A DNA stretch of 63,170 bases, counting the filler, from Craspedostauros australis (Eukaryota): assembly GCA_030167865.1 (NCBI GenBank). It is 13 parts of 13 records of this genome, joined end to end, with 100 filler letters (N's around TTAATTAATTAA, not from the genome) between each part and the next. Parts side by side here need not be neighbours in the genome. Positions count along the whole stretch, not along the records: positions 31,053 to 48,209 come from JALAGF010005865.1; positions 48,310 to 51,009 come from JALAGF010005866.1; positions 51,110 to 58,113 come from JALAGF010005867.1; positions 58,214 to 63,170 come from JALAGF010005868.1; 9 more parts are not named here. The stretch is one strand, 5' to 3'. Positions 47,822-61,300 of the stretch are shown here, one piece after another (positions within the stretch are counted from its first letter, which is position 1; every line of letters starts with the position of its first letter). Below the pieces are notes generated by a model that was not told the DNA's origin, made no database searches, and saw only the letters and a list, made by a program, of their open reading frames with translations. Position numbers and translations under genes: made by a program.

Positions 47822-48309
47822 AGTCGTAGTTCTGCTCGGGGGATCACGGTTCTGTGCGTTGCTGAGATTTGATGACTCCAATCGCGACAGTGGCAGTGAC
47901 GTTGACGACGAGGTGCCGATGGTGAGACGATGTGCGCTCTCTCTCCCTTGTCTCCCTTGTCTTTTGAGCTTGATGCGGTTTGGCAAAGCGCATGGGTGGG
48001 TGCACCACAGCTCGCACGCATCCACGATAACCGAATCGAGTTTAAAATCCGAACATCGATTGTTCCAACAAGAATCGTTGAAAGTCCTCATTGAAAAAAC
48101 GCCAATAACGTCCAAACAACGGTTTGCAAAGAGGTGAATGGTATGAGTTTGACTCGATCGACTTGAGGTTGAATGGCTCTAAACACGACTGAATCGAGCA
48201 ATGTTCGTGNNNNNNNNNNNNNNNNNNNNNNNNNNNNNNNNNNNNNNNNNNNNTTAATTAATTAANNNNNNNNNNNNNNNNNNNNNNNNNNNNNNNNNNN
48301 NNNNNNNNN

Positions 48310-51009
48310 GGCCATCTGCACCGACCAGTACGTGATCGAGAGGGAGCCATCAAGTTCGGTAATCTTCGGCCTGGCCAACTCGTCTCTGTGGATCATTTTG
48401 AAGGGGGTGGAAAGGGACGACTCTTNNNNNNNNNNNNNNNNNNNNNNNNNNNNNNNNNNNNNNNNNNNNNNNNNNNNNNNNNNNNNNNNNNNNNNNNNNN
48501 NNNNNNNNNNNNNNNNNNNNNNNNNNNNNNNNNNNNNNNNNNNNNNNNNNNNNNNNNNNNNNNNGAGAGCATGTGTCGAGATCTCGGCATTGTTGTCCAA
48601 CAATACCAAAGCGACAATGGAAGGGCATTCACCTCATCAGACTATGCTGACCACCTTCAACACTTCCATCAATCCCATCGATATGCAGGACGCGGAGCAC
48701 ATCACCACAACGGCATCGCCGAACGAAGCATTCGTACCGTGGTGTCAAGCGCTCGAACCATGATGCTCCATGCCACTCTGCACNNNNNNNNNNNNNNNNN
48801 NNNNNNNNNNNNNNNNNNNNNNNNNNNNNNNNNTGGTGTCAAGCGCTCGAACCATGATGCTCCATGCCACTCTGCACTGGCCCGAACTGGACGTCGTGCC
48901 ACTCTGGCCAATGGCAAATCGTCATTCCGCATTCATCTTCAATCGGCTGCCAAACCTCGCGAATGGCCTCTCTCCCTTCGACATCCTTGCCCGAATTCGC
49001 TTCCCACAGAAACATTTTCACAACCTACACGTCTGGGGATGCCCCACTTATGTGCTGGATCACAGAGTTGGAGATGGGAAGAAGATTCCAAAATGGAAGG
49101 CCCGGAGCNATCGTTTTGTGCACGTCGGCCTCTCCGAGAAGCACTCCTCTACCGTCCCACTGGTTCTGAATCTCAAGACTGGAAGCATCACACCTCAATT
49201 TCATGTGGTGTTTGACGACTGGTTTGCCACAGTGCCTTCGGATCCATCCAACCTTCCCAACTATAACTCGGATCAATGGAGGAATCTGTTTGGAGATACC
49301 GAGTACAAGTTCCCTTTTGATGANNNNNNNNNNNNNNNNNNNNNNNNNNNNNNNNNNNNNNNNNNNNNNNNNNNNNNNNNNNNNNNNNNNNNNNNNNNNN
49401 NNNNNNNNNNNNNNNNNNNNNNNNNNNNNNNNNNNNNNNNNATGCGGATCATCGACCATCAGAGCCGCTTCCTGTGGAACTTGGACCGGAGCTCCCACCA
49501 TCACCATCAGATACTGCACCAGCGCTGGATGAAGTCTCTGCACCACCAACAGCTCAACCAACAAGTGCTGCAACTGATGCACCAAGAGAAGGCCAGAACA
49601 ATATGGAGAAGGCCAACTTGCGAGACTCAGTCCCACCATCGCGCAGGGAGGCTGCTCATAACAACAGGGGCGACGACAATGACACCATGCCACTCCCATC
49701 TGACGATCAGGACACCATGGACCATGACAGACCCAGCGTGGAGACACCTGATGCTAGCTCAGCGAAGGCTCAGCCAGCAACATCTCCAGCTGCATCGGAA
49801 CCAGCACCTCAACAGAGGGAGCGTCGCAGACGAAACCGACAACAGCAACCAGTCCGACGTTCAGCACGAATCGAGGCACGACGGGCAAGCACAAGAAACA
49901 GGGCTCCTCCACAACGTCTTGGGTACAGCAAGATGGGTGGTATAGCTCAAGCCTTCACTTGCCAACCGATTCGCTCAGCCCCACCATCCATTGACACTGT
50001 GACAGCCGCCCACTTGTCGAACGCAATCCTCTCAGCCACCGCATTCCTCAGGAGAACCAATGAAGGAAACAATGCACTTGTTTCGAAACTGCACAGCATC
50101 GAGACAGCAACGACCCACATCACGACCTCTGTGGCTGAGCTTGAGAGATGCAAGCAGGACTCTTGCCGACGCACCGACCCCTACGTTGTACAGATGAACG
50201 ACAATGCCAGAGCTCATTTGGTCACTGCTGAAGAAGCTGCTTGTGACATGATCAGGGCCGCGCTCCTCGCTCTGTCTTCCTACAGCTCGCCAGACAACCA
50301 CTTTCGTCCACAAGTTGGAGACATGTGCGAGACCATGTACGCAGTACAAGGCCTCCTGCTTCAGCGCGATCGAAGCGACGAGGAAGAGAGCGATGGAGGA
50401 GGAGACCGAATCATGATTCACATGGCCATCCAAGATGATGAGATGGGTCCAGACGGAGGGAATACGCAACAGGAGGAGGAGTTCTCTCTACCCCTCGACC
50501 TGCAGAACGAGGTCAATGCACTTGCCAACCTCCTCACCGCACTTCACATCATTGAGCACTACGGACTTGACGCATACTCAACCAACTTTGACTTTGATGA
50601 GCTCAGAGACTGGTGGACTCAGGTAGCTGCAGGCCACAATATAGATCCTCCGGAAGGGCTGCCTCGAGTCTCTCCCAATGGCGAAGATAACTCCCAATCC
50701 AATGCCTCCAGGTCCAGTGACAACCCCGACAGCAACATGCCCGATTCCACTGAGCAAGACACCAGCGACCATGATCCAGATGACGTTGAGCAATGCCTGT
50801 GGATCGACTCCATCCCGCAGCTCGCAGATCCATCCATGACCGCCTGCGACACCAACGGAGCAGAGGAATATGCGTTTCTGACGATGAATGAGGACGGCGA
50901 ATCCGACCCATCTGGCAGATCCATTTCAGGATCCGAAGCCGTCTTCCTGATGTCTAACGGCCACCTGGAGCTGAGCGAGGGACCGAGCAGCTTCAAAGCA
51001 TCACCAACA
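48310..51009 (+). mobile_element. Ty1/copia (CoDi-like) pol fragment: integrase core and long downstream linker
   Basis: YQSDNGRAF...AHHHNGIAERSIRT...ARTMMLHA..HWP, VWGCPTYVLD, KIPKW and ITPQFHVVFDDWF motifs. Confidence 0.92.
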
Positions 51010-51109
51010 NNNNNNNNNNNNNNNNNNNNNNNNNNNNNNNNNNNNNNNNNNNNTTAATTAATTAANNNNNNNNNNNNNNNNNNNNNNNNNNNNNNNNNNN
51101 NNNNNNNNN

Positions 51110-51833
51110 GCTGGTCACGGCCACTGCTGTCATCCAGACCACCTCAGGACCGGTGATTGGTTGGTTCCATCAGTACGCCAACTACGGGAGAGGGCGCACC
51201 ATCCATTCTGCCAATCAACTCGCAGCGTTTGGATTGGATGTCAACGAGAGACCCAAGAACCTCCCTGGCGGTCGGCAAACCATCGTCACGCCAGANNNNN
51301 NNNNNNNNNNNNNNNNNNNNNNNNNNNNNNNNNNNNNNNNNNNNNNNNNNNNNNNNNNNNNNNNNGAGCTAGACGATCTGCCACACGTGTTCTTCACCTC
51401 CGACCAAGAGTGGGACCCATCTGTCCTGGACGGGGAGGCTGATCTGGACAACATTCCCACAACCGAACGCGGCGAAGGCGACGACATCGACATCACCATC
51501 TCCAAGTGCGTTCAGTACGTTCAATCTGCTGCAACGCTCGGGGATGGGGAGAAGGCAACCACGGCCGGACAACGCAACATCGTGGGTAAAGCGCCCAATT
51601 TCCATGCGCTACGGCCGTACTTCGGGTGGATTCCAGCAGACCGCGTGCGTGACACTCTTGCATGTACTACCCAGTGGTACCGCATGTCTGAGCGTTATCC
51701 CATGCGTAAGCACTATAAGTCTAGATTCCCCGCAGCCAATGTCAGCCGACTACACGATGTTGTTTCCATGGACACGTTGTTCTCTGACACGCCTGCTCAT
51801 CATGACGGAATCCCTGGACACGATGGATGTACC
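51110..51833 (+). mobile_element. Ty1/copia (CoDi-like) pol fragment upstream of the integrase core, cut by LTR-like family B
   Basis: FHQYANYGRGRTIHSANQL, LPHVFFTSDQEWDPSVLD, LRPYFGW and HYKSRFPAANVSRLHDVVSMDTLFSDTPA motifs. Confidence 0.85.
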
Positions 51834-52626
51834 TGTTGGAAATCCGGGGTGGTTTTAGTAGTAGAAGACTAATCGATATTAGAATCTACTCTTTCGAACC
51901 GTGAGCTCTTCATTGCTCTTTCATCTTGATGATCGATCTCCTGCTGCAATCCTCGTGGTTGCATCTGCTTATCTCCCATGCATTCATCTTGCAAGGTTGC
52001 CCATCTCGTGAATTCACCCTGTCTTTCCTCTGATAGATTCATCATCGTAGACATGGTTGATTCACAGGCATCACCGATTNGATTCACTCNGTCGGATCNT
52101 CATCTTCNTGTTTTTCACAAAACACAAGAGACACAACTGTTCTCACGGTTGAACCGTTGTTCTCACGATTTCTCACACGATGTCTCGTGTTGAGGCAGAC
52201 ATCCCTTACCACTTGTGTTTCGCTGGTTCGTTACCAGCTTCATCCATTATCACCAGAGGGTTCTCTCACGATCCTTTTTGTACTTCGTGGTAATGGAATA
52301 TTCCCACTCCTCGGTTCTTTGTTCGTCATTACTTGAGGGCTGTATTCGCTTGTACCTGATGATGGTCACGAATGCATCATTGCAGCCCCATGTGACATGC
52401 AACCGTGTATTGGATGATTGCATTACCCTTCACAGTCATCATCATCCAATCCACACTTGTCATTCACCATTTGTCTCATGGTACCATTCGCCCTGTCATG
52501 TACCTCACATTTTGGTGTTCACAATGTCACAGTGGGAGGTGCGGTAATACGGTGTTTCATGGCACTTGTCTTCTCACTCTTGGGAGGTGCGGCAATCATG
52601 CGTTTCATAACACCCGATTCCTGACA
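51834..52626 (+). mobile_element. LTR-like family B unit (both termini present)
   Basis: Starts TGTTGGAAATCCGGGG and ends CCCGATTCCTGACA (TG...CA with imperfect terminal inverted repeat). Non-coding interior. Confidence 0.75.
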
Positions 52627-53639
52627 CGTGCCGGTAGCAACCGCTTACCTGGCACCTGTGAATTACAATGAGTATGCGAACATCAACACTCGCGAACCCC
52701 ACATCTTGAGTCCTCCTCTACCATCGACCCCCGACACTCCGGAGACCAGCAATGCTAACAAGAGAGCCCGAACGGAGCCCCGACCAGCGATAGCATACCC
52801 GTCGCCCCGACGTCTCCGATCTGGGTACATCATGTCCAGCAACCACGGACCAGCGATGGTGCAGCCATCCATGTTCCAGATGCCTCACGACCCCACCGCT
52901 CAAATCAGGGCCGTCCTCCAAAACGACAACAGGACTTCCCCGGTCATCCAAGCTCTCGCCGACATCCTCTTTCGCGGAGGGTTTGACCACATCAATCAGG
53001 TTCAACAGGTCAGCATCACCTCCTTATTGAACGAGGCATTGGAACTCATGCACACCATCCGCCTCCAAGGCCGCGGCTACAACGTCAACAACGAACAGCC
53101 CGAATGAAGCCCGCTCGCCGCCATCTTGGGCGGCGGAACAAACCACACTACGATTAGCTTTCTTGCTTTCAGTCAACTCACGTTTCAACGTGAGATGAAG
53201 GGGAGTAATAGAGCTAAACTAGTAACCATCTTAGTGAGAGAGACTACGAATCATCCGACTCGTCAGTATTCCAGTAGGTCGAACGGACACTTCGCCGACC
53301 CCCACGTTTGGAGACAGACCCAGAACCTTGAAGCAGATCTTCGGAATTCGTGCCAGGGAACCAATGGGGTTCCGATAACCAAGCTTCTGACACCCACCAT
53401 CGCCAAAACGCTGACGCACGGAACCAAAGCCTCAACAACGCGCATCATCGCCTATTGCCTCTCACAGAACTCAGACAACGGATCTCGACCCACGGTACTT
53501 GGGCTACACAACCCACACGCATTGTCATACAGGACTCCACAGGAGATCCCCCTCGAAGGGAAGAACCGTAGCACTAATCTCATAATCCGCACGTTTCTTC
53601 ACCATCTACCAGTATTCTAAATTGACTACTTGTGGAACA

Positions 53640-54530
53640 GAAGACTCTCGTCCGGACCCGCTTGCCAGTCAAGCCTCTACAGCCAACAGCTAAAGAACAG
53701 CCAACAAGACAACAGCCATTACGTTTGGGCTCTATTAGAACTACTGCTCCATAGTCGGCATGTTGCTCTACTTGACTACGAACACACGCCCCGACTTGGC
53801 CTTCGCCGTCTCTCAAGTGGCCCGATTCAGCAACGACCCCCGCCAACCACACGCAAAGGCCATCAAGATGATCGTGCGATACCTTCGCCACACTAACACT
53901 ATGGGCACCATCGTACGGTCAACGGGCCAACTCAACTTGGAATGCTACGTCGATGCCGATTTTGCTGGTCTGTACAAGCGCGAGTCCGACGATTCTCCAA
54001 ACGCAGTACGCTCACGTACCGGCTACGTCATCATCCTCGGTGGCTGCCCGCTCGTGTGGAAATCGAAGCTGTAGACGGAGATCGCCTTATCAACCATGGA
54101 GTCGGAATACGCCGCGCTGTCTCTTGCCATGCGCGCCCTTATCCCAATGCAATAGCTCATCAATGAGGTGAACGCATCAACCAGTCTCAACCAACCGCTG
54201 CAAACCAACATCCAATGCACCGTTTTTGAAGACAACGAGGCGTGCATCTCACTGGCAACAAACCACAAGGTCACGGCGCGAACCAAACATTTTCTCACCA
54301 AATGGCACTTCTTCTGGCACTGGGTCAAGGAAGGCTTCATCCGAATCCTACACGTACCAACACTACATCAGGTCGCTGACATCTTCACCAAGGGCCTTGC
54401 GCGGGATGCATTCGAGCACCTGCGACGAATGCTCATGGGATGGTGATGGCACCACAAATTGTGAACTGTTNATCGAACGATGGAGGTTTTTACACCGGGG
54501 ACATGCTTCGCACTACGCCGAGAGGGAGAG
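53640..54530 (+). mobile_element. Degenerate Ty1/copia RT C-terminus and RNase H with polypurine tract
   Basis: GMLLYLTTNTRPDLAFAVSQVARF, YVDADFAG, RSRTGY, VWKSKL*TEIALSTMESEY, FEDNEAC and ADIFTKGL...LMGW, with in-frame stops. AGAGGGAGAG at 54521-54530. Confidence 0.92.
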
Positions 54531-55251
54531 TTGGGACAGACTAGCTCCGGGACTGGCCCGGGACTTGACTGTCCATTCCGCATACACGGTATTCGGTACC
54601 CAAGACCGATACTGTGATGAAAGGCTACCGCACACACGATGTGTAGTTGAACCACAATCCACGCTTTGCTCGCCCTCCAGCTCATGCACCCCTGCCACCT
54701 GTCCAGCTCGTCATTCTGACGAACATGCACCCATCTTGAAGCATATCCATGTGAATGGATCAGCCGCTGCTCTATGGGTGATGATGCTGGACGACTGTAT
54801 GTGTGCAGAACCACCGCGGCATGCCGCTGCGCAACAAGGAACGGCTGAAATACGACAGCATGAACCCCACCTTTTTACTCGATCGTCCTATTAATAGTAA
54901 ACTTAACACATAAAACAAGCAATCAGAAACAATCTTCACAGCTTACTTCCGAGTCTACTACAGTTACATCATCGTCTGATACAGCTTTGTCCTCGACATC
55001 AAACGGCGTCAAAACCGGTTGAAGGACAGACCATCCTCCTGACAACGTGCAAAAGACACGGAATACCGACTGGTGGTCAATCAAGTCGGAAGATTTCGCG
55101 CCAAAACAAGAATTTCTCCCATCGGGTTGATACCGTGTCCGGTAATAGTCTGTCCCTTATTGAATCTCAACTAGTAGTTACTTCTCTAATTGCAGCCTAT
55201 TCATTTCCTCTCCTTCATGACGCGCTCACGTCTGTCTACTGTTGTTGTGAT

Positions 55252-56402
55252 TCACTCCTCTTCTTCAGCGGCAGCGGCCTCAGTCACCCTGGAAGGTGCG
55301 ACGAACTGCACGAGGTTCATCAACGTTGCATGATCCATGTATGAATCCACTTGCGCAGTACCCTCGCTTTCATCCACGATCTTGTACAAATCCATCATGG
55401 ACATGGCACTGTACTCGTCATCAACTTCATTGCTTGCTGCTCTCCCACTGCAGATGACATGGATGCCTTCAATCAGTTGAAGATGTTGACATAACTTGCT
55501 GAAATCTTCACGAGCAAGTAAAGTCTGCATGTTTCGAGCTGCCAGCCTCGTTGCTGCATCTTTCAACACCACACAGTTGTGTTGATCAGCGAATATCAAC
55601 GCATCTATCATGGTTTCCTCTGTGAGATGAGTGCAGGCCAACTCTGCTTCAAGAACAAGCTTGAGCCGCCAGAATCCGAACTCGTTGGCCACAAGGATCA
55701 GCTGTTGTAGATCGTCCTGTCCATCGAGGGTGGGAGTTGGCTGGTCAGCGCCATCATCATCGTCATGAGCGCCATCGCGGGTATCAGTATCGTTGTCCAG
55801 AGCGCTGTGATCGAAGGATATCTCACCTGTGTAGATGCATTCGAGGACACGTTGGACATGTTTGGGTTGATGGTTGGGAAGAGGGATGAGCCTGCGGGTG
55901 AGNNNNNNNNNNNNNNNNNNNNNNNNNNNNNNNNNNNNNNNNNNNNNNNNNNTCCTGTCCATCGAGGGTGGGAGTTGGCTGGTCAGCGCCATCATCATCG
56001 TCATGAGCGCCATCGCGGGTATCAGTATCGTTGTCCAGAGCGCTGTGATCGAAGGATATCTCACCTGTGTAGATGCATTCGAGGACACGTTGGACATGTT
56101 TGGGTTGATGGTTGGGAAGAGNNNNNNNNNNNNNNNNNNNNNNNNNNNNNNNNNNNNNNNNNNNNNNNNNNNNNNNNNNNNNNNNNNNNNNNNNNNNNNN
56201 NNNNNNNNNNNNNNNNNNNNNNNNNNNNACAGTGACCATGAGGACTCCGGAGTTTGCTTTGATTGGCTGTTGTTCGTCGCCTTGTCCGCACAGGAAGGTG
56301 ATGTCTGCCTTGGCCTCAGAACGAACAGCACTGCGACGATCTTGGCCGATTCTGATGTTGGTTGCTGTGTGGATTTTAGGATTGTCGTGCTTGGTTGGTG
56401 TT
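55252..56402 (-). CDS. BTB/POZ domain protein (SPOP-like C-terminus), 5' end abutting LTR-like insertion
   Basis: ADITFLCG...IKANSGVL, then VLECIYTG, LILVANEFGFWRLKLVLEAEL and ALIFADQHNCVVLKDAA. The frame is open with no ATG up to the repeat at 56403. Gapped assembly. Confidence 0.8.
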
Positions 56403-57520
56403 TGTTGGAAATCCGGGGTTATAGATATAGTCTAATGCTTATTAAACTGTACCGTTTTAGAACTGTGAGAACAACACACTCATTTCTCANNNNNNNNNNN
56501 NNNNNNNNNNNNNNNNNNNNNNNNNNNNNNNNNNNNNNNNNNNNNNNNNNNNNNNNNNNNNNNNNNNNNNNNNNNNNNNNNNNNNNNNNNNNNNNNNNNN
56601 NNNNNNNNNNNNNNNNNNNNNNNNNNNNATCGGTCTACACTCCTGAGGTGCATGCATGCTGATGCTTGATTCACTCTCTTCTCATCAGGCATCCATCACT
56701 CATTCAGTACACTCTTCCATGTTGTTCACTCACTCCTCTCACATGCTCACCAACAATCACACTTGCTCAGAACGTGGAGTTCTGGCACGATCAGTCCAGT
56801 CCTTCGATGCTGTTCCAGTCCGCGCTTTGTTCTCCTTCGCTGGTTCTCTGTCAGTCACGTAATCATGTTCTGGGTTCCGAGCGANTCAACTGTGTTAGCG
56901 CATTCGCATAGATGTTTCAGGTTAACCGGTCAACCCTCATGCTTGGAACACTTCGGTGTTCCAGTCTCCTTTTCACATCCATCGTTCGCCATACCAGTTC
57001 GTCAATCCACTCAAACCATGTCTCACGATTAGTCTGTCCGTTGTCCGTCATACTCTTGACACACAGAGGAGGAGGTCNNNNNNNNNNNNNNNNNNNNNNN
57101 NNNNNNNNNNNNNNNNNNNNNNNNNNNCCTTCGATGCTGTTCCAGTCCGCGCTTTGTTCTCCTTCGCTGGTTCTCTGTCAGTCACGTAATCATGTTCTGG
57201 GTTCCGAGCGATTCAACTGTGTTAGCGCATTCGCATAGATGTTTCAGGTTAACCGGTCAACCCTCATGCTTGGAACACTTCGGTGTTCCAGTCTCCTTTT
57301 CACATCCATCGTTCGCCATACCAGTTCGTCAATCCACTCAAACCATGTCTCACGATTAGTCTGTCCGTTGTCCGTCATACTCTTGACACACAGAGGAGGA
57401 GGTCCACAATAGACTTGGGAGCGTGTCCGACTTTGATAGATCGGTGAGTCTAATTTTGGTATTATGGGAGGTGCGGCAATCTAGGATAATACGACATAGT
57501 CGCACCCTCGATTCCTGACA
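56403..57520 (+). mobile_element. LTR-like family B unit (both termini present; length inflated by gap duplication)
   Basis: Starts TGTTGGAAATCCGGGG and ends CTCGATTCCTGACA. Confidence 0.75.
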
Positions 57521-57784
57521 ATCATGAAAGCGCACATGCAGGTGCTAGAAATGATACAACTGATGAACAGAATGAAGAACTTCTCACTCCTCATTGGTTC
57601 CCTGAGACTGCTTCGACATGATCCCCACCAGAGCTGTAAGACTAGCAGCAATGCTGGTCTGCTGCGCAATGGCCTCGCGGTTGTGCTTGTCGATCTTCTC
57701 CTGCTGAAAAACCTGCTGGCGGTTCATTGCCTGAAGCATCTGTTCCTGTTGCTTCAGAGCGGCAAGAATGGGGGGATTGCCCAA

Positions 57785-58113
57785 TGTTGGCAAGTTCCGC
57801 GCACGGTAACTTACGATCGTGGAAGGTGGTGTTGGTTGATAGTCGTTCGTTTGCTATTTCATTACTTGGCTACTCCGATCCTCTCGGTGTACGCCCGTTC
57901 TCTTGCCCGATGCTCTCGGCGCTTCAATCTGTTTCGTAGATTCAGTTCTCCGAAACGTTCCCGACACGACACGACTATGAGTCGGTGTGCGAGATCCTCT
58001 CTCGCTCCTCTCTGTATTCTCTCTCTTAATATCGTGCATTCATGCTGCACGATACTCCGTGTTCGATGCGTACTCCGCATTCGACACTCCGTTCGTTCAG
58101 TACTGGCTCCTAC
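57785..58113 (-). mobile_element. LTR family A partial copy
   Basis: Reverse complement of about 34880-35205 (GTAGGAGCCAGTACTGAA...GGAACTTGCCAACA). Confidence 0.85.
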
Positions 58114-58213
58114 NNNNNNNNNNNNNNNNNNNNNNNNNNNNNNNNNNNNNNNNNNNNTTAATTAATTAANNNNNNNNNNNNNNNNNNNNNNNNNNNNNNN
58201 NNNNNNNNNNNNN

Positions 58214-61200
58214 TCTTTCTTCACCTTTACTTCCCTCTCTCTCACCATCGTCATCAATCCATTGCTAACCGCAATCAGATGATGTGGCCCTTGTGTCCTC
58301 AACCCGATGTTGTTCATCAGCTGAGTCTGGAAGCGGATCTCATTTCCAGCCTCCGATAGTGCGACGTGCTCTGCCTCCGTTGAGCTGAGTGTCACACTGT
58401 GCTGTGCCCTCGATCTCCAGATGATCGGCACTCCTTGTAGTAGGACGATATGTCCTCCCATGCTGATGCGATTGTCCTTGTCACCACCGAATTCGTTGTT
58501 GGTGTAGATCACAATCTTTCATGCATCGTTCTCCAATGGACTTGGCTTCATCCGNAGTCCATATTCTTTCCTGTCCGACATGTACTTCATGATCCTCAGC
58601 ATTTCCTTGTATGCTGCAGCTGTTGGCTCCATCCAACATCTTGGTCAGATCTCGCGTTGCATTGGCGATGTCGGGTCGAAAGTGCTTCATTTGATATAGC
58701 AGCATACCTACTCCACTTCGGTATCTGCTGTGTCGGTCTCTGTCCACCTTGGGCGAATCGCTATCCTTCTTGGATGCTTTGCCCTGGTGTTCCTGGTGTA
58801 CCGTACCATTGCAGTTGCATCACGTCGTGGTTGGATACGATCTTGCAGCTGATGTAGTCTTCCAGATCATCTTCCACCTTGATACCGAACCGCTCTGCTT
58901 TGATATCTTCCATGAGTTTCTTCAATTGCTGTTCATCCTTGATGCATAGGCAGTCGTCGACATGGGTTCTGATCAATAGCAGTCTCCCTTCTTTGATTCC
59001 GAATCAGAAGGCATGGATCAACTCGGCTTGGTCCAAATCCCAATTTGAGTAGGATGTCGACCAGCTTCTTCCATTGTCTTGCCCTTTGCACGAGTCCGTT
59101 GATCGTCTTCTTGAGTAACAGTCATTCGCTCTCACCATGCTCCATGGCCTTCCGGCAAAGCATGTAGACCTCCTCTTCGAGATCTCCATGTAGAAATTCT
59201 GTCTCAAGGTTGATAGTGGTGCTGTCCAATGTTTCCTGTGCAGTTGCGTAGCCATCGTCATCTCCTGATTCTGATGCTTCGTTCGTCACCCTCATTGGGT
59301 ATTGGTATATTGTGGTCAGCTGCCAGCTCTGTCGTCGTGTTGCCTTGCAACCGCGTTGTCGATCGCCTTCATCCTCTTCTGGATAGCATCGATTCATTCT
59401 GCTGCAGCTTCTTCGTCATGGGAGTTGTTGGTGGCCTCCTGCCATTCATCCTCCATTCATCTGAGGCTCCTCCCTTCCGGCTCTGTCATTCGATTCTTCA
59501 TCCGACATGCCCGCGTCTCTCTCATTGATTGCATATCGATGCGTCTTGACTCACTGTATCTAGAGTCTGCCTTCCGTGGCTTTTGCTCTCATAGCTGTGT
59601 CCTCTCCAGATCCGAGCCTCTCTCGTCGATTTCATTCTCATCGCACACCGATCTCATATCTGTGCTTGTGGTATCTCGCCGATCATTCGGCGTCCGGTTC
59701 CTCTTGATCATCTGCCATGCTCATGCTGTGGCCATATTACTGAACCGTTCCATCATGGCGTCCCGCCATTCATTGCTCTTCTTGGAATCCATATGACTCC
59801 GTCATTCGTCAATTGTGGTTGGATCCAGCATCATTGCGTCATTTGCTTGCTCGGATCCCTCTCTGTTATGTTGATAGTTCAATGCTTGGTTCACAGTGAT
59901 GAAGTCACCCAAGCTCATCCTCTCATGAGTGGTGCCAATCATCATGCCTGTGATATCTCTGTTGAATGTTGACCCATCAATATGATGGTTGGGTCCTCCT
60001 GTCGCCAGTAGTGTGGTAGTCATCTCTTGGGTGGTCTCATAACCCTCATCATCCTTCTGATTCTGATTCTCCACTTGATCCAAGTTCTCGCTCTTCCTTC
60101 AGATGGGTGTATTATTGTACCCCGCGAGAGCACTCAGCATCCTCGGCATGCGCGCAACAGGTTCTGCGATTGGGACCGTGTTTGGTTCGTTTTCGACCGT
60201 ATCGTCTCGTCTCGTCTCATCGTCCCTTCCGGATTCATCGTCGTCGTTATCGTACGATTCATTGTCCCCTTGGGTAGGGAGCAAGTCATCTTGCCCGCGA
60301 GCNNNNNNNNNNNNNNNNNTATCTTCTCCGGCTCTTCTGCTCTGATCAGCGTCGTCGGTCTCCATGCTTCGGATGGTATCCGATCGTCGCTCCCAAGTCA
60401 CTCTTCTATCTGGGGAACCGTCCCCCAATGTAGAGTCGTCATTTCCCAGGTCTATCAGTACTGACCTGTTGGCGTTCTTAATACTCTCGAATCGCCCATT
60501 TGACTGATCCATCCATGTCATGTCTCTCATGATTAGGATTCTGGTCGTTGCCAGATTCATCATGCGGTGCATANNNNNNNNNNNNNNNNNNNNNNNNNNN
60601 NNNNNNNNNNNNNNNNNNNNNNNTACCCCTCATCATCCTTCTGATTCTGATTCTCCACTTGATCCAAGTTCTCGCTCCTCCTTTGGATGGGTGTATTATT
60701 GTACCCCTCGAGAGCACTTAGCATCCTTGGCATGCGCGCAACAGGTTCTGCGATTGGGACCGTGTTTGGTTAGCCTTCGACCATATTGTATCGTCCCATC
60801 TCATCGTCCCTTCCGGATTCATCGTCGTCATCGTACGATTCATTGTCCCCTTGGGTAGGGAGCAAGTCATCTTGCCCGCGAGCAGCGTCTTCTGTATCTG
60901 TATCTTCTCCGGCTCTTCTGCTCTGATCAGCGTCGTCGGTCTCCATGCTTCGGATGGTATCCGATCGTCGCTCCCAAGTCACTCTTCTATCTGGGGAACC
61001 GTCCCCCGATGTAGAGTCGTCATCTCCCAGGTCTATCAGTACTGACCTGTTGGCGTTCTTAATACTCTCAAATCGCCCATTTGACTGATCCATCCATGTC
61101 ATGTCTCTCATGATTAGGATTCTGGTCATTGCCAGATTCATCATGCGGTGCATACCGCTTGCGTGCGACCCATGTATCCAATCAGCATCTGTTAGATCGG

Positions 61201-61300
61201 GGTGGCGTTATTGTTTTCCAGCATGTCGTTGATTGCGTATGCGTTGCGAGCCACATCGAGTGTGCTTCGCACCCCAATCTCATGCATCATCTAGTGCAAC
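58214..61300 (-). mobile_element. Heavily degenerate Ty1/copia pol (integrase C-terminus, RT, RNase H); decayed element probably continues to the window end
   Basis: GDKDNRIS...WRSRAQHSVTLSSTEAE, YRSGVGMLLY...RPDIANATRDL, HVDDCL, FLHGDLEEEVYM and RMMNLATTRILIMRD motifs, with many stops and frameshifts. Confidence 0.88.
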
